From assembly GCF_032444005.1 (NCBI RefSeq), contig NC_091282.1, positions 1,189,594,001 to 1,189,658,000 on the forward strand: a stretch of 64,000 nt of DNA, read 5' to 3'. The position numbers and the translations under genes were made by a program. Below the pieces are notes generated by a model. It was not told the origin of the DNA. It did no database searches and worked only from the letters and a program-made list of their open reading frames with translations. Source of the stretch: Ranitomeya imitator. Lineage: Eukaryota. Positions 50,110 to 59,682 of the stretch are shown piece by piece (the first letter of the stretch is position 1; every line of letters begins with the position of its first letter).

Positions 50110-50570
50110 TTATTGTTTATAGAAGCCAGTAAACAATAGATCTTTGTTCAAGCCTATAGGAACGACAGAATTCAGATCGAAGATCCACTTGGATTCTCGT
50201 TTCAAAAGTTCAAGGGTAACATTTCCGCCCCTCATATTCATTCGTACTGCTTCAAGTCCCAGAATCTTCGTGCCAGCCCATTGTGAACCATGTGCAACCA
50301 AAAAATGTTCAGCCACTGATGTAAGAGTTTTTCCTTTTGTCTTATCCCTCATAGCCGTTGAAATAGTGGAGAAATGTTGCTGTACGCGTCTCCTGAAGTC
50401 CTGTGTGGTTTGGCCCACGTACACTTTAGGGCATGGACAAACCAACGCATATACCAAATTCCGGGACCTGCAGTTGAAATAGGCCTTAGCAGGGGTCTGT
50501 GGAAATAAAGAAGGCACCATAATCTTCTCATCACAACTGGTGAACGGGCAAATGCTACAGTTTCCACATG
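50110..50570 (-). pseudogene. PLE GIY-YIG endonuclease C-terminal domain (left arm, 5'-truncated)
   Basis: CGNCSIC..NCRSRNLVYALVCPCPKVYVGQT..RRRVQQH..SVAEHF..KRESKWI..P.GLN, the Penelope GIY-YIG plus Zn-binding residues. Confidence 0.88.
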
Positions 50571-50577
50571 AGAAACC

Positions 50578-51257
50578 GTTGGGCATTATTACTATCTTTA
50601 ATAACCAGTGGCGGGATTTACGGGGCATCCTCTCTAAATATTGGGGCATTTTGCAGAGTGAGCCCAAACTTCTCCCCCATATTGCCCAACATCCCAATTT
50701 GATGGCTAGGAGGGCTAGGAGCCTGAGGGATTCATAGCCACTTTCAACGGCCGGTTACCAAACTCCGGAGAGGGGTTAGACTGATGGGGACTTTCCCATG
50801 TGGAAACTGTAGCATTTGCCCGTTCACCAGTTGTGATGAGAAGATTATGGTGCCTTCTTTATTTCCACAGACCCCTGCTAAGGCCTATTTCAACTGCAGG
50901 TCCCGGAATTTGGTATATGCGTTGGTTTGTCCATGCCCTAAAGTGTACGTGGGCCAAACCACACAGGACTTCAGGAGACGCGTACAGCAACATTTCTCCA
51001 CTATTTCAACGGCTATGAGGGATAAGACAAAAGGAAAAACTCTTACATCAGTGGCTGAACATTTTTTGGTTGCACATGGTTCACAATGGGCTGGCACGAA
51101 GATTCTGGGACTTGAAGCAGTACGAATGAATATGAGGGGCGGAAATGTTACCCTTGAACTTTTGAAACGAGAATCCAAGTGGATCTTCGATCTGAATTCT
51201 GTCGTTCCTATAGGCTTGAAAGAAGATCTACTGTTTACTGGCTTCTATAACCAATAA
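50578..51257 (+). pseudogene. PLE linker plus GIY-YIG endonuclease (right arm, truncated, internal stop)
   Basis: FNNQWRDLRGILSKYWGILQSEP.L..ARRARSLRDS* then the same GIY-YIG domain, ending ...GLKEDLLFTGFYNQ. Confidence 0.88.
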
Positions 51258-52158
51258 ATATTCCTATTGATAGGTGTGTGATAAATATTGGCCACTGTAC
51301 TATTGTTTGTTTTCCTCGTCGTTTCACGTACTTACCCACGAGAGTCAAGTTTTAATATTGGTCGTTGTGTTGGGCTGTACTCCACATGAACCTAAGTGGG
51401 GCCAGATCGTCATTGGCACATATGTGCATCATCATGGGGCTTTCCTGCCCATGGAGGACTATATGGGGAATTGGCTATTTTCTGCCCCCTGCTGGAGCTC
51501 CTACACATGTCTGTATATAGTCATGTTTTGTTTATTCCTTTTTTCTCTTTTTTTTTTTTTTTATTAGTTTGCCCCCTGTATAAGTATGCTGTGGGGTATC
51601 TTTATTTATGTATTTAGTATTTATTTATCTTTAATTTCATTTATCTATTTATATATGTATTTTGTTTTTTTCATTAGATTTGGTTTTCATGCATTATTTT
51701 TCATTTTTCTTATATTGCGTGTGTTTTACTGTTTGGGTTTGCTTCAGCTTAGTGGCCGTTTTAGTTCCCATTTGCCTGATCCATTTAGGCTCATACTAGT
51801 GTCCAGTTATTTATCTGTTGGTACTCATAGAGGGCATTTTGTTTGTTACGGCGTATCCTGCCTCCGTACTGCTCAGTATACCCGCTCCCTCTGTCTCTGC
51901 AGTCTGTCTATTTCTACCTGTGACTGTCTCCACGCAAGCGTATCTGCCACTGTGTACATGTCGCCTTGACGACCGAGAGCGGCTCGTTCACTTCCGCTCT
52001 GGGACGCCGGCGCATGCGCACTGACTACACGCCGGGCCCGGCAGGTGCGATCGCCATTTGTACTTCTCCATGCGGCGCGCTCTGCCGCTGCACAGCTGAA
52101 GCTCGGTAAGCTATCTATCTTATTATATTTAAACACAGGGCTGACTGTGTGGGCGTTA

Positions 52159-52200
52159 CCCCTGACGAAGCCACCAGAGCGTGGCGACACACGTTAGGTG
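52159..52200 (+). ncRNA. Degenerate minimal hammerhead ribozyme remnant in the PLE 3' region (mirror copy at ~49173-49214, minus strand)
   Basis: CCC-CTGACGA-A-GCCAC-CAGAGC-GTGGC-GACAC-ACGTT-AGG: CUGACGA and a 5-bp stem II are intact, GAAA is changed to GACA. Confidence 0.5.
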
Positions 52201-52819
52201 CCTGCAGCCCACACTTACTCTGCACTGGGTATGCATTACCTATCTGCCCTGCCTATGATCGGTGCGTTTAGAGTGTTGTCATCCTGGCACTCTATGCTTT
52301 CATCCTATTATGGGCGCACGGTCTGACTATAGGAGGGTAATTGACAACGTACTTGTGCTTATTTGCGGTCCCAGCATTTATATATCTTTATGACCGGCTC
52401 TTTGCTTTCTTGAGCACCATCTTTACTAGTGGCTATTGGGCTACATTGATTACATGGTGTGTGGCTGGCCATGTTATTCTATCCCCAGGTTTTCATAACG
52501 TGTACTTACGGTGTATAGACTTGGGGTTTGCTGAGATTGCTTTCCTTTATTTTGTCATTTATCAATCAGGCTTATTTACCCTCTAGGTACGTGCGTCTTA
52601 CCCTGTTCACGTCTGTGTGGGCTTTTTGCCTTATTTTGGGCTTGAGTACATATGGGGCTATTGTATACCCCCTTGTTTTTAATGTTTTTAGTGTGTTTTG
52701 CCTTTTGTTAAATTCTTGTTATCAATAAAGCTGTGTTTTTATATTTGTCTGGTGGTGACTCCCATTTGTAAGGCCTACCTGTTCTTTCTTAGTATATGTT
52801 TAGTCCCAACTATCCTGGA

Positions 52820-52993
52820 TATGGGTGGTGGACAGTCCGGTGTGTATGCTCCTATGCATGCATGTCTCTGTATGTATATGCATTCATGTAAGTGCCTGTG
52901 TATGCATGTATCTGTATGTATAAGTGTGCATGCATGTATCTGTAGGTATGTGCTGTGTATACATGCATCTGTATGTATGTGCTCTATGTATGT
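52820..52993. repeat. Low-complexity (TGTA/TGCA)n tract
   Basis: Direct reading. Confidence 0.8.
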
Positions 52994-53180
52994 GTAAGGA
53001 AGAAAGGCCGTACTGGGCCTCCGGCCCTTGGGGGAGGCCGCCATGACAGGGTGACGTGGGTCAATAGGGAGCTCGTAGGAAGTTTGGGGGTATAGGGTTA
53101 ACAGAAGATAAGAGGAGGGACGGAGTTTTTTGAATTTGAAAAAGGAAGGAGGGGTCGGAGACAGGGCAGGGGGGGGGGCC

Positions 53181-53189
53181 TATATAAAA
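53181..53189 (+). promoter_or_regulatory. TATA box of the Ngaro element
   Basis: CCTATATAAAAGG, ~80 nt upstream of the ORF1 ATG at 53265. Confidence 0.6.
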
Positions 53190-53264
53190 GGTGGTGGCCA
53201 CGTGGAGGGGGCAACCATTTGGGTACTCACCAGCCACAGAAGAGAAGCTCCTTGTACCCAAGCG

Positions 53265-54534
53265 ATGGATGTCGATGCCTTGCTTCAGCAGCTCCGGGTG
53301 GAAGCAGCCGCCCAAGGGACGGATTGGCTGCAGGCTTCGGTGAACAGCCTGCTTCAGGGGTCGGTAGCCGGAGCCTCCATCGCCCCTCCAACAGGACCCC
53401 GACCGCGGAGGTCTCGGCCTCCGGCGCGCTTTAGTCCTGAGGCTACCCCCCGGGTCCGGCGCCGCATACGGAGCCCCTCCAGGGACCCTCCAGCCAGGGC
53501 CGGTGGACGCGGTCCCCCTGCTCCCCTCCCGCAAGCTGGGAGGAATCCATCTCACAGGCGGGACCTACAACAGGGGCCGGGTTTCCCCCCCCCCCCCCCG
53601 CGGCACAGAGGCGACGGGATCCAGGACCAGGAGCGGCGGGCGTCAGCGGCTCTGCAGGCCCCGCTCGGCGTGGAGGAGCGCGTGGAGGAGCGCGAGGAGC
53701 CAGGGGGCGGGCCCCTGTGCGGCGACGTCCCAGCAGCCGGCCGGCCTGTCTTCAAGCACGCCGGATGGAGCGGCGTACAGAGGATCGTCGGCTCTGGGAG
53801 CGATGGGGGCGGCTCCGGTGAGCAGCGGGCAGCGTTTGGCTGCCTCGGTCAGCAGCGCTGCAGCGGCGCCACTCTCCCAGGACTTCATCCAAGATGGCGC
53901 CGCTGCAGGAAGTACAGCACCACGTGGGAGAGGTCTCCGGCAAGATGGCGCTGGATCAGGGAGCCCGGCGCCTGCGCACCAGCAACAGGGACTACATCAA
54001 GATGGCGGCGCCCTGTGGAGACCTCCCCAAGATGGCGGCGCCCTGCAGATCACGGCGGCAGCTCCGAGGGGCCCTGCAATTCTTGCCGGTTCGCCTGCTT
54101 CTGGCGGTGGGCAGCCGGTGAGGCAGGTTGACCCGGGAGCTGCGGAGCCACCAGCAGACGGAGCCAGCATGGGACCAGCACGCCTTCATCAGGACCCAGG
54201 ACCTTCGGCTGCTGGGTTCACAGCGCCCAGGCAGCCAGGTGAGAGCCAGCAATTTACTAATTTTAACCCCTCCGTAGCTCCCAGTGAGAGTAGGGAACGG
54301 GAGTTATTTATGGGGGGGGCTAGCGGGGGGATGGGCCTTATATTACATGGCCTTAGAGATTTAGCCAGAATATGGTACGGGGGCCCTCAAGGGGGGGGGT
54401 CACCTGCAGCGGCGTGGTTAGGAATCGCGGAAGGGCCAGTGGGGACTGGGGGGTTAACAAGCCCTGAGGTAGTGTCGCAGTGTGGGGGCCAGGGTACAGC
54501 GGTCGCAGCTACATCAGGGGGGGGGCGGCAGTGA
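53265..54534 (+). pseudogene. ORF1/gag N-terminal low-complexity region (frameshifted)
   Basis: MDVDALLQQLRVEAAAQGTDWLQASVNSLL start, then a Pro/Gly/Arg-rich region. Frames change somewhere in 53503-54128 (C15 run at 53585-99 is a candidate) and near the G9 run at 54517-25. Confidence 0.65.
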
Positions 54535-55345
54535 AGCAGTAAGGGGGACGGGGTCAGCAGACGCGGGAGGCCAAAACGAAGGGGCTAGCAAAGATAAGGA
54601 AAATGAGGACACGGTGCGTCTGGATGATTCCGCTAGGAGCGAAGTATACGTTTGTTTTGAGGGACCGCTGGGGTCACATTTGCGGGAGGAGGTGAAGGAA
54701 AAGATCTGGAAGGGGGATTACGTAGATATTTTTTCATTACTGCCGTTGGAAAGATTTAATCTGGATAGGTTAAGAAGAGACGATTCCAAGAAAGATGATG
54801 AGGAAAGGAGGCGGTACCGCCTAATCCCTCGTTCTTTTTCAAACTGGTTGCAGGCGTTTGCTATATTGGCAAGCGTGATAGGCGAAAAGGCACCCGAAAA
54901 TTGTTCGGGACTTTTTTGCTATATGGACGCGATTGGGGAGGCTTACAGGGTATATGGCGGTTTGGGATGGTTAAGGTACGACGAGCAGTTCAGGCAGCGC
55001 AAAGCGGTACGACCAGGTATAAGTTGGGATCATAAGGATATAGCGTTGTGGATGAGAGTTATGGCACCGGTTAGAGCGAATCAGGGAACCCAGCCATTTC
55101 AGGGGGGTGCCGGGGGTTCAGGGCAGTCAGGACACTCGGTCGCAATGCAGAAGGGACTGTGTTTCTCATTTAATGAGGGGACATGTAGATTTGGGAGCAA
55201 GTGCAAGTACAAGCACGAATGCTCAAGTTGTGGGGGCACAAACGGGGCGGCTAGATGTTTCAGAGGGGGAAAAACAAGAGGGGGAGACGGTGCTGAAAAA
55301 AAGGGGAGACACCGGTGCGGCTGGACGCGATGGAAGCGTATCTAA
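54482..55345 (+). CDS. gag C-terminal domain with Cys/His zinc knuckle
   Basis: VKEKIWKGDYVDIFSLL, NWLQAFAILASVI, WLRYDEQFRQRKA, CFSFNEGTCRFGSKCKYKHECSSCGG. These are DIRS/Ngaro gag-like motifs. Confidence 0.85.
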   Translation: MGARVQRSQLHQGGGGSEAVRGTGSADAGGQNEGASKDKENEDTVRLDDSARSEVYVCFEGPLGSHLREEVKEKIWKGDYVDIFSLLPLERFNLDRLRRDDSKKDDEERRRYRLIPRSFSNWLQAFAILASVIGEKAPENCSGLFCYMDAIGEAYRVYGGLGWLRYDEQFRQRKAVRPGISWDHKDIALWMRVMAPVRANQGTQPFQGGAGGSGQSGHSVAMQKGLCFSFNEGTCRFGSKCKYKHECSSCGGTNGAARCFRGGKTRGGDGAEKKGRHRCGWTRWKRI

Positions 55346-56895
55346 ATAGATACCCAGATGTGGCAGCAGCGTCACTTTTGAGGGAAGGTTTTGGTTACGG
55401 TTTTAAAATTCCGTTTGTTGAGCAGGATGTTTGTTTGTCAAGAAAGAATCTAAAGTCGGCACTGCAGTTTCCTAGCGTTGTTTCTGAAAAATTGAAAAAA
55501 GAGGTTGATTTGGGTAGGATGGCCGGACCTTTTCCAATGGCTCCAATCAGTAATTTAAGGGTGTCACCGCTAGGAGTAGTTCCGAAGAAGGAGCCTAACA
55601 AATTTAGGCTTATTCACCATTTATCCTTCCCAAAAGGTCTGTCAGTAAACGACGGTATTGATCCTCAACTGTGTGCAGTTTCTTACATGTCTTTCGATGC
55701 AGCGATTAATCTGGTACGGTTGTGTGGTAGGGGTGCTGTGATGGCAAAAACGGATATCGAGGCGGCGTTTCGTCTGTTACCAGTGCATCCGGAGAGCATG
55801 CACCTGTTGGGCTGTTTTTGGGACGGAGGTTTTTTCATTGATCGTTGTCTTCCCATGGGCTGTTCGCTATCATGCGCCTATTTTGAAACGTTTAGTACAT
55901 TCTTGGAATGGGTTGTTAAGGATGTATCTGGTTTGAATTCGTGTCTGCATTATCTTGACGATTTCTTGTTTGTAGGCCCGCCACAGTCCGCGGCTTGCTC
56001 GATTCTACTGCACACAATGGAGAGGGTAGCAAAAGGTTTCGGAGTTCCATTAGCGGCTGATAAAACGGTTGGGCCGGTGACGACACTAAGTTTTCTAGGC
56101 ATAGAAATTGATACCGTTGCAATGGAATGTAGATTGCCTGATGACAAATTAGTCGCTTTTCGGGAAGAAGTGAGAAAAGCGTGTACCCGGCGCAAGATAA
56201 CGCTGCACGATTTGCAATCTTTATTGGGCAAGCTGAACTTTGCTTGCAGAATTATGCCAATGGGCCGCGCATTTTGTCGCCGTTTGTCTTTGGCGACTGT
56301 GGGGGTAAAGTCTCCCCTGCATTTCATCAGATTGACTAAGGAGTTGAAACAGGATTTGAAGGTGTGGGCTCTTTTCTTAGAGGAATACAATGGCAAATCC
56401 ATTTGGATTCAAACAGTGGAAAATGCAGTAGATCTAGGTTTTAGCATTAACGTGATTGAAAAGCGTGGTTTCAATTTGAGGTATCGCGGTCAGGTGTTGG
56501 TGGCGGAGTGGCCACTCGATTGGCGCGAACGAGGTTTATTACAAAACCGGGTCCTATTGCAGTTATTTCCTCGAGTAGTGGCGTTGTCAGTGTGGGGCGA
56601 GTCAGTGATGAATAAAAAGATCTGTTTTTCTTGCGAAAATGTGACTGTCGTGGAAGCCATCAATTCGCTGTCTGCAGCGTCTCAAGAAGTAGTTAGGGTA
56701 CTGCAGCACTTGGTTTTCGTGGGGCTAAAGCTCAACTTGTGGATTGTAGCAGATTGCAAGGCAATTGAGCCTACTAATGCTGATGATGCTCTTTTCCATT
56801 CACAGTGGCATCAGTCTCAAGGGCCGAGGCCTTACTTGGATTCATTGTGCCGGGAATGTCCAGCGGAGCTATGGAACCTGCCTTTAGGGCCGTGA
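55297..56895 (+). CDS. Reverse transcriptase plus RNase H-like domain
   Basis: Open frame from just after TGA at 55294-96. SPLGVVPKKEPNKFRLIHHLS, KTDIEAAFRLLPV, LPMGCS.S, HYLDDFLF (YLDD at 55951), LSFLGIEID, SLLGKLNFAC. Confidence 0.93.
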   Translation, partial: KKGETPVRLDAMEAYLNRYPDVAAASLLREGFGYGFKIPFVEQDVCLSRKNLKSALQFPSVVSEKLKKEVDLGRMAGPFPMAPISNLRVSPLGVVPKKEPNKFRLIHHLSFPKGLSVNDGIDPQLCAVSYMSFDAAINLVRLCGRGAVMAKTDIEAAFRLLPVHPESMHLLGCFWDGGFFIDRCLPMGCSLSCAYFETFSTFLEWVVKDVSGLNSCLHYLDDFLFVGPPQSAACSILLHTMERVAKGFGVPLAADKTVGPVTTLSFLGIEIDTVAMECRLPDDKLVAFREEVRKACTRRKITLHDLQSLLGKLNFACRIMPMGRAFCRRLSLATVGVKSPLHFIRLTKELKQDLKVWALFLEEYNGKSIWIQTVENAVDLGFSINVIEKRGFNLRYRGQVLVAEWPLDWRERGLLQNRVLLQLFPRVVALSVWGESVMNKKICFSCENVTVVEAINSLSAASQEVVRVLQHLVFVGLKLNLWIVADCKAIEPTNADDALFHSQWHQSQGPRPYLDSLCRECPAELWNLPLGP

Positions 56896-57765
56896 AGGAG
56901 CTATTTGCTAGATCACTGTCAGAAAGGTCTTGGCTGCATTACGAGCAGGCCTGGAGTACATGGGAAAGTTGGAAGGTGTCTTACGGGTCCGTTATGGACG
57001 ACGAGAGCAAGCTGCTGTTGCTAGTAGGGCATGTGTGGGAATCGGGTTGGTCGGTGTCCAAAGTGAGTAAGTTTCTAGCTGGTTTAGCATTTGGTTTCAG
57101 GGCTAGAGGTTTAAACGATGAGACGAAATCATTTATGGTAATGCAAGCGGTAAAAGGTTTGAAAAAAGGGCAGAAGTCGTTCGATGGTAGACGACCGGTC
57201 TCCTTTGAGGTGCTGTTGACAATCGGAAGGCAATTACGAGCGGTTTGTTTTTCGGATTGGGAAGTAATTTTATTCCAAGCGGCTTTTGCGTTGGCGTTTT
57301 TTGGGGCATTTCGCTTGGGGGAGTTGGTTAGCCCTTCAAGATTTAAGGGAGGAGGTTTACGGAGAGAAGACGTGGATGTTACGTCTGACAAGGTAGTGGT
57401 GTTTATTAGGTCGTCAAAAACGGATGTAACTGGCAAAGGGTGCAAATTAGTGTTATTTCAAGTTCCAAATTGTCCATTGTGCCCGGTAATCTGCGTGGAT
57501 AGGTTGATGAGAAGAGGGGGTGTGTTATCCGATCCACTGTTGGTTCATGCAGATGGTTCGTTCTTGTCGCGCTACCAATTTGTTTCAGTTTTTCGGAAGT
57601 GTTTGGAGACGGGGGATTTCGCCAGCGAAGTATAGCGGCCATTCATTCCGGATAGGGGCTGCAACGGAAGCAGCTAGGAGAGGGTTGGGGGATGAAGTGG
57701 TTAAAAGAATTGGGCGGTGGGAATCGGAAAGGTTCCGGTCTTATGTTCGCCCGGATCTGGTTTAA
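56855..57765 (+). CDS. Tyrosine recombinase (one frameshift at the G run ~57611-15)
   Basis: AFFGAFRLGE (Arg), SKTD (Lys), HSFRIGAAT (HxxR), GRW, RSYVRP (catalytic Tyr). Confidence 0.9.
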
Positions 57766-57832
57766 TTTTACATGGTCACGTATTCGGTGGGTTTTCTCCA
57801 AATGATCGGTGTCAATGTTTATTCTCTTACAG

Positions 57833-58428
57833 AACACGATAGAAGGCTGGTGTGGATAATGGGACACTCGTTCGTGTTCTTGGTGGCGGAGAGGGCAGCG
57901 GTTCGCCCGGATGGCCGCCAATTGGGGTTTTCGCGGGACGTCACAATGCTGAGATGGATCGGGAAAAGGGGGATGACATGGAGTCAATTTTTACCGGACT
58001 TCCATCGTTTCGTGCGTTGGGACCAGGTCCCACAAATTTTAGTTATTCACCTGGGGGGTAATGACCTCGGGAAAAGGCCATGCAGGGAACTTATAAAAGA
58101 TATTAAGTTCGACGTATTGAGGTTATGGGCGATGTTTCCAAAGGTCTTGGTAGTGTGGTCGGACATCGTACCGCGGAAGGTTTGGCGGGGTGCTAGGTCA
58201 CCAGAAGGGGTGAACAGGGCAAGGATTAAGGTAAACAAAGCTGTTTCGAGGTTCATGGCAAGGAACGGAGCGGTGGTGGTGCGTCATATAAATTTGGAGT
58301 CCGGTACGGGAGGTTATTGGAGGTTGGATGGGGTGCACTTGAATGCAGTTGGTACCGACATGTGGTGTCTGGCGATCCAGGAGGGCATCGAAACAGCTTT
58401 GAAGGTGTGGAGGGACATAAATGGCTAA
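57833..58428 (+). CDS. SGNH/GDSL hydrolase (esterase) domain
   Basis: Block I WIMGHSF, block II GKRG, block III HLGGNDL, block V DGVH: Ser/Gly/Asn/Asp-His are all present. No good ATG precedes block I; a splice acceptor does. Confidence 0.88.
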
Positions 58429-58791
58429 GGGGTTAGTACATTTATGTTTGTGGCTGGGGTGGTGGTCCTCGAAGTTGGTGGAAGTGGAAAATGGCGGATT
58501 GCCGGGGGGGGGGGGGGATCTCAATAGGTCCTGGACTCCCCGGGGTAATTTGAAATGGTAAAAGGGGTATGGATAATCCCGTGGAGGGGATTATTGGGGG
58601 ACCCACAAACTGGTGTGCGGTTTTGGCCTGGCGGGTGGAGTTTGCCTCCGAGCTGGTGCTTAGCGGCTGGGGGTAAGGCGGTTATAAGGCCAAAATAGGT
58701 GGGACGGTTGGCTGAAAAACGGTGGTTTCGGGCTTCGAGGACCATCCACTTCCGGGGTTTACTGTTATTATATTGTTGTATGTTAAATTTT

Positions 58792-58797
58792 AATAAA
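58792..58797 (+). terminator. Polyadenylation signal of the Ngaro element
   Basis: AATAAA after a T-rich tract, ~360 nt past the SGNH stop. Confidence 0.55.
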
Positions 58798-59682
58798 CGG
58801 CTGCTGTGGCCAATTAATCCAATTTAATTGTCGTGTGTTTAATAGGGGGTTAATCCTCTGTCGCAGGAAAGGGGGAGGTGGCCGTTACTCCGGGGTGTCA
58901 TAAGGTAAGGTAAATGGTTTTATATGAGAGCTCACAGGAGTCACGGATACCCGTTGTCAAGTGAAGGGGACCCTCGGTTGCTCCCTCTCTCCTTTATGTC
59001 GGGCATGTGTCCCACATGCTTTGCTCTGATAGTTTGGCTATGTATTAATGTATTACTGTTATGAACTGCTGTTTTATTGCTGTACGTGTACTGTGTGATG
59101 TTTACCTGATTTCATGTCTTTGTATTATATTGCACTGTATTGAACATGACTAGTTCAGAGACAGTAAGGGTTAACAAAAATGAGCTGGTATAGCAGCCTG
59201 GAAGAAGCAGCAATTTCCTGCTTCTGCAGCAGAGCCCGGGCAGACTTGCCCATGTCAAGACATGCTCCTCTGATGGGAGCATAATATACCCCGGGAGGGG
59301 AGAAAGTGCTGCCAAGAGGACAACTGGGCAGCTGAAATGGGCATTAAGACTGTGTGAGTGCCCCATAAAGGACTGTTTGCTCACTGAAACTGGACAGGAG
59401 CTGCTGAAGCAGAGTATCTGGATAGGGATAGCTCAGGAACTGTTATCATTTCTCTTTTCACCGTTATTAAAGATCTACTGTTGGGAAAAAACTGTGACTT
59501 CGTGGTGCTTCCTGGGACTAGAATTTCAGCAGACACAGTGAGTACCCATCTCCATGTGCAAGGTGCCAGTGTGTTCACTGACTGTTGTATAATAGACTCG
59601 TCCACGACTACCACCCCATGCCACCTTGTTACATATGCATATATCTGTATGTATAGGCTCTGTGAATACATATATGTGCATT

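Larger units (their letters stand above)
48510..52800. mobile_element. Penelope-like retroelement insertion: two 5'-truncated copies head-to-head (palindrome)
   Basis: Arms 48572-~50575 and ~50792-52801 are near-identical reverse complements. The 15-bp direct repeat TAGTCCCAACTATCC lies at 48495-48509 and 52801-52815. Both arms carry a GIY-YIG domain. Confidence 0.92.
52993..58990 (+). mobile_element. Ngaro-type tyrosine-recombinase (DIRS order) retrotransposon, nearly intact
   Basis: Order gag - RT/RNase H - YR - SGNH hydrolase, with a TATA box upstream and AATAAA at 58792. The SGNH ORF is characteristic of vertebrate Ngaro elements. Split direct repeats were not identified, so the ends are approximate. 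Confidence 0.9.

Noticed and set aside
52993-58990. Split direct repeats (A1-B1-A2-B2) expected at Ngaro termini
   Set aside because: I could not find a convincing match between the 5' and 3' ends by eye; the left end may be truncated.
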